A stretch of DNA of 64,000 nt. It comes from Blasia pusilla (taxonomy: Eukaryota). Of the stretch, positions 1 through 12,385 are shown one piece after another (the stretch's first letter is position 1; each line of letters begins with the position of its first letter). The position numbers and the translations under genes are program-made. The notes below the pieces were generated by a model that saw only the letters and a program-made list of their open reading frames with translations, did not search any database and was not told the origin of the DNA. The stretch covers positions 15,376,001-15,440,000 of the forward strand of contig CM114271.1 in NCBI GenBank assembly GCA_050084515.1. Reading direction: 5' to 3'.

Positions 1-321
1 CCCTTTTTGTAACTTTCTGTGAATGTCTTCAAACAGGGTGGCAGTGAATAATCGTTCTCTTGTGACCTAAGTGAGTCTAGTATCCATAAAGAGTGCTATG
101 CCATACTGCCACCTGACATGAAAGCTAGAAACTTATAAATTGTGAATAGTTGAGGTGATTTTATGTCGATGGGGACCCAAAAGGGCCTTGGGAGATCTTC
201 TCAGAACCATGTATATGATCAGCCATCCTAACCGACTTCATCGGTTGATCTAAAATCTTAGGGAAATCAGTTTGGCCTGTAGAACTTTGACTAAAACCCC
301 ACCCCTCGCATGTGTCCCAAG

Positions 322-3300
322 TCCACTTATGGCACCAAAGCTCAAGGAGATGGATACGGTGATCACGAGGATACACCAAACACTGCTTAGCGAGTCTCCC
401 TCAGCTTCTCGGACTCTTTTGGTCAGTGGAAATGCATTCGCCGCCTGCGTCTTTATCATCATTTAGCTTGTCAAGCTTTGCTCGAGGAAGTCCTCAGTTC
501 TGGATCTTGGAATTATTCACCTTGCTATGTCAGTTACTTGCTTGACCTACTCATAAGAAGAGATCCACTCAAATAATTTAATGCTCTATCTGTATGACAA
601 GGTGTTGGTCAGTGATCATGGCATGACTGATGGTGGTAATCATGGAGGGGCTACTCATCAGGAGACTGATGCCCTTGCTCTTTTCATAACGGCCTCTGGC
701 TCTAAACATAAGTTCAACCTGCCAGCTGAGACGGATTCAGATTGGAATAAAAGGGGTTCAGCATATCAGGTATCCGCTTTAGTTCGAATTACCGCATATG
801 GATTTGGCTGCATAGACGCTTTGTAGATAATCGCCTGGATAGCCTTGAGTTGTAAGTAACGCACAGATTGAGGGCCTGACTGAGTTTACAGGTCGTGAAA
901 CATCCAGATTCTGAGCATCCTTCATTCAACTCCTTAGAATCGGTTCGGACTTGGTTATAGCTTCTCTCGTAATAGGCTTCCCGCTCCTTAGGCGTATTCA
1001 TCTTACGCAGTGAGTGCTTGACTAATTCATTACTTTCTTAGCTGGTCACTGTTTTAAAGATCCACATTGCATTTAACCCTGTTGGTGTAGTGAGCTGATG
1101 AAACTGTCTTCGGGTGTCAGGTGGATCTAGTGCCAACAATGGCTCTGCTCCTAGGAGTCCCAATTCCGAGAAACAGTGTCGGAGCTTTGCTTCAACCGCT
1201 TTTCTCCACTCTAACACGTTAGTCTCTTAACTGTTGACTCTCTTAAACATTCCACGTCATTTGCGTCTCTCCATTCAACATCAGCAAGAACGGTCTCATC
1301 CCATCGCCAGGATACTGATGCTTATCAGCGATATCATGAATAAACAAAAGTTCCTGACGCAAGTCTCTCTTTCTTCCCTTAAGTTGTTCTCTATTTCTTG
1401 CAAACCTGTAGATGTTAAGGCAGTCCAGGTGTTGGACCTCGAAGATGGCATACTGCATTTCCACTCATTAGGACTATAACCCTCACGCATTATTGGTGTC
1501 TTGCAGCTGAGCTACAGCTGAGGGCCATGGAACTAAATTCATGGCAACTCTTCAGGCTTCTGCATGTGCGATCTCCTCACTCAACTTGTATGGCCGAAGT
1601 CTGTAAAATGCAAGAGCCAGGAAAGCGCCACCATTTTCCGTCCACATCCAAGACTGGTGACAAAGTGGAAATACTTTGCACCTTATTCAGTGTGGCAGTG
1701 GATATGCACAATGAATGGTCTCGCAGACAAGGGGAAACCCCAAGGTTTCTTCTCAAAAACAATTCTGGGCTTCAACCTTTGCTAGCGTGGACAGCAGCTG
1801 CATTTGTTGATCATGATTTCTGCACAATACGGAAGACTAGGGTTTCCGTTGAAGGGAAGTGGTGATTGCTTATTATGTGTGGTGTGATAAGATATTGTTG
1901 GTGTGACAAGAAATTGTTCCCAATCACAGTAGAACCTTGCTGCATTCTTGTCGCAAACTTCCAGTAGGCTTCCAACTTCTGCTCTTTCTACTGTAAAAAG
2001 ATATTAAAACCTCATCACTTCTAACTGTTTCATAATGGAAATTTAAATAGGTGGCTAGGCATCTAAGGAATTGTTGTTTCTGATACCTACAGATCTTTGA
2101 GCGAGGAAGACTTGAGCTACACTGAAGTGAAAGAAGCGTACCTTCAATTTTTGAAGCCTACCTCGGAGTGGTTGGCCAGTGGCAGCACAGAGGTCTGTTG
2201 TTGAGATTACCGCAGAGTTCGACTCAAGTTTCACAGAAAGAATAAGATGGAATGGAGCTGTTGAGAACAAAAGTTGACTTCCGAGTAAACAAAATGCTGA
2301 TGTTTCTCATGACTGGAACAGAAACGCTTCGACCTCGTTTTCAGTGGAGGCTCAATGATGGTGATGTCCACGATTATCTTTGTGCTTGGACTTCGCCAGT
2401 CATTGAAGATTATCCACGAGGAATCTTCCTTGACAAGCGAGGCATTCAGAGAGAGGGCCCCTTTCACCATGAAGTTCATAGCCGTTGGTGGGGTATGTGT
2501 ACACGCAGCAAGTTTTGGATCCAGTTCGTTAGTTGAAGAAGAACAACACACTTGGCAATTCATGATTTGTACCTTACTCCTAGCATTTATTCGGTTCTCT
2601 TTCCAGCAGTTTGATAACATGGACAGCAGACTGTGCGAAAAGATTGGAAAATTACAGGCTGCAGCAGAAGGATCAGGGGCCGATACCCAAAGCAAACCGC
2701 CCCACAAGATGAGTGGTAATATACTGGGTATGCCAACGAGAGTGCATGTGAACAAGAATCTGGGACAGGCTCTGCGAGTATGTCTGCTGCTGATCCTCGG
2801 AAGAACAATACGAGGCTGGCATCGCAGTGGTGTTAACTGGAGCCACTTGCCAGACATTGCAAAATCACTGGAGAATGGCCCTCCGATAATCACTGCTCGT
2901 GTACATAAAGCATGCGTCTTTCTTGTTACCCTCATATGTTGGAGCTTGATACCAAAGTCACTTCCAAGATTCGTCCACAAGACAGCGACAGTAAGCCTCA
3001 TACTCTCAGCCTTTTTGATACTCTTATACATGAAATGTATAGGTAACCAGGCAATACCTTCACTGGATGCTGGGGCTACATCCATTGCTCGCATGGTCTT
3101 CGGTGTTCTGGGTGCAACAAGCTTGTGCGCGCTCTTCGTCTTCCCATGGATTATCTCCATCAAACCTGCCCTGGACATTTCTTCAAATCCAACTATAGGT
3201 GGGGCTCATAAGGAAGCAGGATCGTATGGTGGATCCGGCTCCGGGGAGGAAGATTGTAGAATGGGCACCTTTGAGTCTGCGGTAGGAGAATCCATGGATG

Positions 3301-4676
3301 CCACAGGCAGATTGTTGGTGTCATGTTGGTGTCTTCTGCAACTACTGTTACAACAACCAGTGAATTCAGGACCTATCTTATTACTGCTCCTGCAGCTTTT
3401 GCTCACTCTAAGCTTCTTTCGTGACTCCAAACTCTCTTCTCAACGATGGATATCTGTGAGTACTCCGCCCAGTTAACAGCATATGTGTCTCTTGGGAGGA
3501 TCGGATGTGTATTTTCACTTCAAATCAGGAACTTCTTTCTGGTACTTTTGTTCCAACAGGGCCTTTTGACATTTGCCATCCGCAGGTGTTGACTCTGCAT
3601 TGGCTTGGGGCTTCTGGTCACTTTGGGCTAGGCAACAGCAACACACTTGCAACTGTGGATGTCGCTGGTGCCTACATTGTAAGTGGAGTAACAATCTGGT
3701 GGACGTCATCACAGTGTTTGTTTCCATTCAATACGGAGCCATATGGACAGGAGCTGAACTTGCTGTGTGTATCCACTGTCCTCCATCATTATAGGATACA
3801 AGCCGTGGCAAGTTCAGAATTTGAACTGGTTTTGAAGTGGAATTTCTTCCTTAAAAAACATATTGCCCACCATTAATGGTCTGAATTGTTCGCAGGGCTT
3901 ATCATCTCATTCCACAGTGCTTTCAGGAATTCTGGCGTTCATCATCACTTATGCATCCCCGCTTCTTTACATGCAAGGGTTCCTCCTCGTGAACTCTTCG
4001 AGAGTTCGAGTTCTTGATCATGGATTAACCGTTTCCCAATGGTGGCTCATTGAAAACCTGGCTTTGCCATGCTTCTTATCACTTGCTGTAAACAGCGTCG
4101 TATTGACTGCCTTCACGGTGGTCCTCCTCCTGATGCAAAATCATCTGTTCGTGTGGAGTGTCTTCTCTCCCAAGTAAGTGCCTCGACTTCTCTGCAGCAA
4201 GTGACGAAAAACTAGTCCTTCATCTCTTCAAGTATTGAAGTTGTAAAACTACTCAACCTTCTACAAGTGTACCCCCTGCCATGTTACCGTAGAACTACAA
4301 CGCCTTGTCTCTGTGTCGTCGCCACATTGGAAACATTCTATGTCACATGAGGTCGATTTTGTAAGTGGTCCACTCTCGGGATTTGAATTGGTCACGTCAA
4401 TCGGATCAGATCAGTGTGAAATTTACGGTGAAGTCTACACGGGATTCCTGCATTTCATTTTGAAGTACAATGTATTTAAATCCAAGGGTCAGGCAAGGCA
4501 TTCATTTTGTTTCCTGTTGTTTCGACAGATACCTGTACATCGTAGCAACTACAATTTGCACCTACGTGGGCACGCTGATCTTTGTTGCGGTTGGAGCCTA
4601 TTCGAGCCTTGTTCTCTTAAGAAGAATCGAGCTTCAAAGCAGATCAACGAAGGTTCGCAGAAGCAAAAGGGAGTGA
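322..4676 (+). CDS. PIGG: GPI ethanolamine phosphate transferase 2 (PIG-G/GPI7 family), 5'-partial; exons about 322-421, 602-769, 1121-1217, 1507-1744, 2093-2192, 2322-3455, 3586-3678, 3896-4173, 4529-4676
   Basis: GT-AG spliced exons join in frame. They give SPLMAPKLKEMD, the alkaline-phosphatase-fold motif VSDHGMTDGGNHGG, VDLVPTMALLLGVPIPRNSVG, a multi-TM region, GHFGLGNSNTLATVDVAGAY and the C-terminal HLFVWSVFSPKYLY typical of PIG-G/PIG-O. Stop TGA at 4674-4676. The N-terminal exons lie before the window. Confidence 0.9.
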
Positions 4677-7493
4677 GATTCTCTAATGGCCTAGCGGCAA
4701 CTCACGTTGGACAAGGGAGAATTAATCACACCTGCGGATTAAAGCTATGCTCTTATAGTATACATTGACTGCCCGCATCAATCTAGATTTACATGAAATT
4801 GATTCCTTTGGAAAACAAACCCTCCGCTTTTTCATTTGCTCGGCCGTTACGTCAGGGTTTGCGCCAGTCCCAGGGCCTGGACGAGGATGGTTCCTTATGC
4901 ACTGCATGCTTCGAAACCATAGCCAAAACCCGGATCTCGCTTTGCATTAACCACAACCTACCAAGACATCATGTTTCCTTGGGGTTTCTTTCTACCACCT
5001 GCATGTGCTTCAACTGCAAAACAGAGTATATGCATAACTGCAAGTTGGACGCTGGGAAAAGGGATCTCGCTTCCATGTGATTCCACTCGCCTTCGACACA
5101 GACGAGATCCACCCAAAGCCACGGCGCGAATCCCACCAGCTGACATACTCGAGGTATCACCAGCACGTCAGGGGCGTGGACGGATTTGTCAAAGCATTTC
5201 ATTTCACTTTCATGCACGCAATTAGATTCAGTCACAGTTAAAAAGCTCCGAATTTCTAAATAATTTAAAGAGAATTGGGTTTGAGGACCCCCATCCTCCG
5301 GTGCTGAGGAGAGTAACAGAAGAGGATGAATAAATTCCTTTCCTAAGGGTGATTTTCATCCTGGAGATGATTGCTAGCTTTTTATCATAAAGTTCCGCCC
5401 AATCGAGAACATTGTCGTACACACGAAAATATGCAATACTCTTTGTGTGATACGGCCCAAGAAGAGATCTGATGGAAATAGTATCCTTGCGACTTGTCTA
5501 GTATGTATCACCAGTGCATGACCATCACACTTATACTACACTAGCGCAAGACTATCACAGAATATCACATGAGAACCGTAAAGAACCGTGCACGGAGCAC
5601 ACAAAAAAAAATTAAATTCTTGCCGCCCATAATATAGAAGACTTTGTTCTTATTCACTTGTTATACACATGTGTATAAGTACACATGCATGGGAGCCAAA
5701 TGGACTCATCGAGATAGGTGTTGGCGAATCAGAGAAACCCTCTCCAATAATAATATAGATCATTAAAGGACTTTAGATCAACACATGATGAAGGTGCAGT
5801 TGAATGTTTTGAAAAGCTACTACTTACTGTTAATTTCCATATTATGTTCCTGTTGAACATGATCCATGCAGTCTTGAGATATCAAACTAGTAATTCCCAT
5901 TTCATCGTGTCATACTTGGGCCAACAACAGATGCCCAAGTGTGTTATCTCTTCATCAAACACGAGTGGATAACGGTGAGCTGCACAGGTTAGCAATGATG
6001 ATTAATTTATTTAAGCTTTTGACATCTGCTTGACTCGCGTCATCTGCCCGTGCCACATGCCCGACATACCTCACTGCCCAGGTTCCGCGACCCGAGCGAC
6101 CCAGGCGAGGGTGTCCGCACTCCGTACCCGTCGTCACTGCTAGTCCCGGTCTTGCAGTCTGGCTCGGGCCAGGGTCCTCTTGCCCGTAGGTGATCCGTGA
6201 AGCTGCAGGGGACAAAGTACTTGAAAGACTCCGCGTGTCAAAGCAGTGTAGGCTGAAAACGCTCCCCTTTTGACAGTCACTGTACATTGGTTTGGACTGT
6301 CGAGTGTTTGCAGAGTAGGAGGTTCAGTGCTGTACTATGGAGTGGTATCTCTGTATTATTGATAAAAGAATATTTCCTTGATCTTCTAGACGTATATCGT
6401 CACTGAACTTCCATAGAATCGTTTTCAGTCGGGGTCTCGCTAGCCGCGCTGTCATCAAAACGAGATGCTTTTAAGCGAAGATGGAAAACAGTGGCTGCAT
6501 TGGTATACGTGCGATTACAATTTATGGCATCTGTTCCTTAGAAGAGACAAGTTAGACGGAAGTTATCGGCATTACTAACACAAGCACACGTCCAACAGAC
6601 CAGACAGTTGCACATCCAGAAACGTGGAATTCCATGTACCCTTCTGGCGAGCGCCATCAGAGTGATGCACGAGACAAGAATGATTCTCTCTCCGTACTCC
6701 GCTGCAGGTTTCTGTTTCTTTCCACAAACGACCCACTCAAGTGTCTAAGGAACATCGACTATTCTACACTACTATTCTCAAAATGCTCGAGAATTGTTCC
6801 TAGGTACACAACAAAATGTCAGGGGCTGGTTCTTCGTGCATCCCAAAGAAATGGGCAGAACGAACTCGACCAAATGGCAAGAATCGTAGCACAGGAGTCG
6901 GTAACATTAGCTCGCACGGAAACGAGAGGCCATGCCTTGTGGTTGAGGTGATGGTAAAGATAAGATAGATGATGTCCACCGCCGGCACTTACAGCTCCGC
7001 TCCCGCGAAATCCTTCAAAATGGGAGCCCTGATCACTCTCCCAGTTCCACCTCTGTACATGGCATCTTCACCACTCTCCATGGCAAACAGAGCCGTAGGA
7101 CACGATGGTCAGTGCCGCTCCTGAGGTGTTCCTGCTTCGATTTTCTTATTGGTTTTAGTGCTGAGTCCGCAATTTATGGCCTGACCCATGCGAGAACCCA
7201 TTCCTCCGTATGGGTGTGTTGACAGGATAACAGACATCTCCCCAATGAGGAGCTGATCATCCTCCCCTGACATTCAAGGCAACTTCCGACGGAGCTACGA
7301 AAAAATCCTCAGGTGAAACCAAATGCAATTCATCCAATCGTTCAGGACAGGTCAATAGAAGTTTGCACCTGCCTTCACCTACAACTCTAGGTCACACATT
7401 GGTTCTCCTTCCATAGAGAATTCGAGGCCCTTCACCTTCTAGCTCGACCCTTATTTTTCCACTTGCCGTAAACTAACAACGTACTTCATCTGG

Positions 7494-7937
7494 TCAGGCT
7501 TCCGCAAGCGGCTTCAACCTCGTCAGCCTTCTAACGCGATCCTTATCTGTTTGCTCCAGCCTTCCCCGGACCACAATCTCATCCAGACACAGACACACTT
7601 TCCCGTACTTCTCAAGAAAAACTCGCTCGCTCGGCGCTCTCTTGCACACATCTCGGACGGATGTTGTGATGGCAGTCAGCACCTCGACAAGGGCCAGCTC
7701 GTCGTATTCGTCCTTTCCAACGGTGAAAACACAGATGTCCCCGAGTGCCGCGTAGACGACGAACACGGCCTTGTGCGAGGCCACGAACTGCTCGTCATCA
7801 CGAGCCGTTTTCAGATTGTCCGCAGTGAGCTTGAGCAGAAATGATCGCCATTGTAGCCTCTCGTCCGTGGGGAGCCCGTGATACCGCTCCAAAAGTACTG
7901 TCCCCGATCGCGTCCCGATCAACACAACCAACAACAT
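7494..7937 (-). CDS. LOLITA: LOLITA/TSPOON-like longin (sigma-adaptin-like) subunit of the TPLATE/TSET complex, 147 aa, CDS without introns
   Basis: Uninterrupted ORF MLLVVLIGTRSGTVLLERYHGLPTDERLQWRSFLLKL...VGKDEYDELAL...FLEKYGKVCLCLDEIV...RLKP. Recognised from memory as matching the plant LOLITA protein in length and motifs. Confidence 0.85.
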   Translation of the reverse strand: MLLVVLIGTRSGTVLLERYHGLPTDERLQWRSFLLKLTADNLKTARDDEQFVASHKAVFVVYAALGDICVFTVGKDEYDELALVEVLTAITTSVRDVCKRAPSERVFLEKYGKVCLCLDEIVVRGRLEQTDKDRVRRLTRLKPLAEA

Positions 7938-9509
7938 CTCTGCGATCCCTCCGCCTCGGGCAGCTGCTCAGATCGATCGTCTCCTTACGTTTCCACCATG
8001 AAAAACCACCTCGTGCAACTTCCCGGTTCGATCCTGTCGTTAGTTCGGCTCCCAGCTTTCAGAAAGCTTTAAAACTTTCTGGCGCCACGATGAAACACAA
8101 GCAGTAAGTGTTCAAGGCCCTTTGGATAATGAAACATCATTGCGGCTAACCAAGGTATTTCCTCGTTAGACACAGAGAGAGAGAGAGATGAATCGCTATA
8201 GACATTACATTTGGATTATTGACTGAGCCTGGTTACAGGCGAAGAGATTCATCACCATCACTACGTGCAATCCAAATATGTTTTTTTCTACTTCTGTCTG
8301 AACTGTGATTACACGAGAGACGGGTCCATGCACAGGATTACAGGGTGAGGCCATTGTGAAATCGAGATGAGTGATTAGACGTGGGACAGTCGTGAAATTG
8401 AGATGTACCGCTGAAAGAAAAGTCAGGGTACTCATCCACCATCACACTGTATGAAGGGTTCAATTGCATGTATGTTTCGAATAGTGGTATTGTGTAAATT
8501 CAGGCAATTGAGTGGCATCCATGACTTAGGATGTCACTAAGAAACAAAATACATTCGACAGTTGCACGCACAAGGACTTCTCATACCATCTACTGCACGT
8601 TCACACTAGCTCACTTGTAAACAATCTGCGAACCATTGCCCACTGAATTTACTTTCCGGCAAGTTTCTAAACTTCCATTAGAGTTCCACATTAGCCAGAG
8701 TTTACAGGTAAAGAGAGAGCAATAAGTGCCCAGCTCGTATAACTTCAACAATCCCTGGACCGCACGCTATCGCAATTAGAGAACATCTAAAATAACACTA
8801 CTTTACAAATAATGATCGATACGAAGAAAGGATGGCGAGCACTAAGGTAGCGTCCCAGTTCCACAAATTTCACATCCAGAAACTCCATTCCCAAGACCTT
8901 CACCTAGAAACCTCGGGCACAATATCGAGATCGACTGCACCAGGCCTCCGAACCAAAGGCCCCATCTAACATTCCACAGCTTCTCATCCCCTTCTTGACC
9001 AACTCAGCATGACAACCCTGAGCACACAGCTAATCGACCAAGAAAGCACGCAAACAAAGACACTCACTGCAAGAAAATCATCAACTTACTTCCAGCCCCG
9101 CTTCACCCAACCAGAACCAAAAATCAATCACATCAACCTCGATCATTCCCAACGTTTGCATGGTTTCATCCTCGTGCAGGGACGCAACCAAAAAAGACTC
9201 AACCCTCGAAACAAGATCCAGTTCGCAACATGAACCATGGCGTGTAGGCTTCGTAGATTCCTCATGTGCAGCCTGTACGCACGAAATCAGCGGAAACTTA
9301 CAAAAGCAGCAGCGGAGAATCACAGGCCCTCTACATACCTCGAGATCGGCCCGACAGCGTCGCGCAACACGAAGGAAACCCCAATCTCCCCCTCAGCCGC
9401 TCGTGTAGATACGGTACCTTGGATAAAAGCGCGACGACAGAGCGGGAGAGATCGGGAAACGAGACCCGGCGAAATGAAGAAACGTTTCGTGGTCGGCCGC
9501 TACTTGAAG

Positions 9510-9554
9510 TAACATGTATAATACTACTTTTGACTAGTAGTATTATACATGTTA
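9510..9554. repeat. Perfect inverted repeat, 19-bp arms, 7-nt loop
   Basis: TAACATGTATAATACTACT-tttgact-AGTAGTATTATACATGTTA. Confidence 0.9.
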
Positions 9555-10229
9555 AGGCGCATCGGAAATTAAAAAAAAAAGTCCGTGAAGGGATTAATAA
9601 TGCGGGCACACAATTATTCTTGCTTTTCATAGAAAAACATTTCTGCCGAATAGAGAGGGCAATTCCCTTCACTTAATCACTTCACTCCTCTTAAGGGAAT
9701 CTTTTTCTTGTTGTTTGTAGAGAGGGAAAAAATTTCTTGTCGCCCGGTTGTCTATGTGAAACACGTGTTTGCAAATCAAGAAGGGAAACACGAGTAACAA
9801 AAGGAGATAGATTTAACAAACGAGTTTCCCATACGGGAAACTTTGTTAGGTTTTAGTTCCCCTTGTTAGTTCTTAGCTCCTCTTGTTGACTCTTCTATTA
9901 AGTCGTACACATGTCAATGCGGGAGGAGTGCATAAAGTATACCTGTCGACACCAGAGGAGGGGTTCCTCAAACCCCATCCTCTTCTAATAATATAGATGG
10001 TGATTTTCGGGGACGTTGGTTGCGGGAAGGTGTATAGTTTTTGCGACGGGAAGTTTTGGGGAAAAATTTCCGTAAATCCTTACGGTCGCCGCAACCTAGT
10101 GCCCTGGGCCTACTATGTTGAATGTTAGTTTTTCAGGTCACACTTTCCTTACTGGTCTGCATCTAACACACTCGCATTGATCATAGTTTGGGTCGGCCAA
10201 CTTCGCGTTTCCCGAGTCTTGGTTTTGAG

Positions 10230-11040
10230 TCACACTTCAAGTTCAACCGACCTAGATAGGGTTAGATACCAACGTAATCCCTCACTCCCCACTTTAGGCA
10301 AATCATTCAAAACTTGAGACACATTTCCTTGATAGTCTAGGAACTTCGAACAACACTAGTGCTCCTAGCGATCCCAATTGCCCAATGGACCTTGAACGAG
10401 TCCATAACCGATCCACCATGACTTGTCTTGATGTTAACACATCCCGTACTCTTGGTTCATCCCCATGGTTCCTCAGGTGGGGCTTCAAGTCCCATACACC
10501 CTTAGAGATCCTCCCCTTTATATATAGTTCTATAGATCCCCACCCTTTCCCTACATTTAGAGAAAGTCCTCGTGGAGAGCTCCTTGTGGTCTTCAACCCA
10601 ACTATCATCTTGATAGTTTGGGGATGGTTTCTAAATCTTTGCACATGTGTTTTTTTGGATTTGTAATGAGCTGGAATCGTCTTCTTACAAACTTTCCAAC
10701 GTCACCTTATCCATCCAAACGCATCTTGGATCTAACCGTTATGACCTCAAACATAGAGAATCCCCAAATGCTCAATCAAGTTCAAAGCCACATTGTAGTC
10801 CCCTTGGCACCCAACTCTTATGCAATTTGAGCTCTTTTCAAATCTTGCTTGATGTTTTGTTTTGTTATGCTAGGTCACAACCCCAATCTTTTTTAGACGC
10901 CCATCAAGGATCACGTCTCGCTTATGCAACTCGTGTCTCACTCATGAGACTCTGACATGCTTCCATCCTAGTGTGAGCCTACTAGAATTCTGATGTTCCG
11001 TGTTAGTACATATTTGGTTGTAAAGGTTGCGACATGTTGG
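10230..11040. repeat. Dispersed ~0.8-1 kb repeat, probably LTR-like; inverted diverged copy at ~56110-56971
   Basis: For example, 10232-10290 CACTTCAAG...ATCCCTCACTCCC is the reverse complement of 56918-56973 GGGAGTGAAGGATTA...CTTGAAGTG. Further colinear blocks match (10480-10530 with 56610-56660; 10950-11030 with 56115-56205). Confidence 0.7.
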
Positions 11041-11114
11041 GAGTGAGGGGCTTCATTGTACTTTGTATCAAATAATCGACCGAGATTAATACAATAAATT
11101 CATTGATCTCAAAG

Positions 11115-11118
<4 letters not shown>

Positions 11119-11199
<81 letters not shown>
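11119..11199. repeat. (CT)n microsatellite
   Basis: About 40 CT units seen directly. Confidence 0.97.
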
Positions 11200-11200
<1 letters not shown>

Positions 11201-11202
<2 letters not shown>

Positions 11203-11462
11203 CATCAAGCGGTAGATGACCAAGAGGTTAGCTGAACAAACATAAGGTCCTCTTGAAGAGGTCTTGGGTTCAACTCTCCCCTTGGACAGTGGGGAGTGGT
11301 CTCAACCCCAGGGCAGTGGCGTCCCCTACCTAGGGCATGGATGGTCCATATTCGAGAGAGAGAATGCCTTGTGTGCCTTTCATGTGTGTGCCTTAACTAT
11401 GCTCTCAGGTTAAAAATCTGGATAAAATTCCAGGCCTTCACAAAAAAACAAAAACAAAAACC
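11201..11462 (+). mobile_element. Putative tRNA-derived SINE
   Basis: Box-A-like TGACCAAGAGG (~11217) and box-B-like GGTTCAACTC (~11267), then a ~170-bp body and an A-rich tail CAAAAAAACAAAAACAAAAA (11441-11460). Confidence 0.45.
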
Positions 11463-11584
11463 AAATCTCCTGAGTGAGAACCCTAAATCTAGATGTAAAG
11501 GTGCCATGTCGAATGCGATGTCAATTTCACATATGTGGAAGGGGTCCCATAAGCCAGATCGGCTTCCAGTGGACTAAAAATCTA

Positions 11585-11587
<3 letters not shown>

Positions 11588-11674
<87 letters not shown>
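11588..11674. repeat. (CT)n microsatellite
   Basis: About 43 CT units seen directly. Confidence 0.97.
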
Positions 11675-11677
<3 letters not shown>

Positions 11678-12050
11678 GGGTATATTTCTTCCTCTCCCCA
11701 ATTTCCAATTTCTTTTGATGGTCACCTCCTCAACCCTAACCTATTATAATGGATCAAGGTCCACTTTCCCTAAATGAAAAATAAACCCTACTCACAATAG
11801 GGAACTTACTCAAAATATTAAGTTCTTTAATATAAATCCACATGAGCCCAAAACAAGGGTTAAAGCGCAAATTCAAGTTTCTCTATTCCTCACTAGTTAT
11901 CCTTGACCTCTTAGGAGTGGCTTTCAATCTCCTCGAATACATCACACAAATACCCGTTGTTATGCAATAAAAAAAAAGTGACACGAAGTCAATGACCATA
12001 TCATTTAAGATCGCCTTCCATAGGCATCTAAAACGGTAGTGCCCCCAAGA

Positions 12051-12385
12051 CCATGGAGTCGCGAGGATTTCTACATCTAAAAAAAATTAAGTGCAAGGAC
12101 TTAAATCAATTTTGATACTCCAAAAATTTATCTTACGTGCTTGTCAACTTTTGGACTAATCCCACCAATATCCATTTATCATTTGGTAAAAAATAAATTT
12201 TTTTGGACTGTCGTATAGATACAACTATCCATAATACCCATAGGAGGCAGCCCTTAGGGATAGCCCCCATGGATTGCGAGGATTTCCGATAATAAAAAAT
12301 TTGGTGCAAGCATGGAAAACATTTTGCAACCCTTAAAATTTGTATTTTGGACTAATCCGATTAATATCAAATTACTATTTGGTGG
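12051..12385. repeat. Diverged direct repeat, period ~216 bp (possible TE subterminal repeat)
   Basis: CCATGGA..CGAGGATTTC...GTGCAAG...TTTTGGACTAATCC...ATTTGGT occurs at ~12051-12187 and ~12267-12383. Confidence 0.6.

Noticed and set aside
2231..3178. 315-aa minus-strand ORF
   Set aside because: Antisense shadow of the long PIGG exon with no recognisable motifs.
11201..11290. Functional tRNA gene
   Set aside because: It has box-like motifs but no convincing cloverleaf or anticodon arm. Treated as a possible SINE head.
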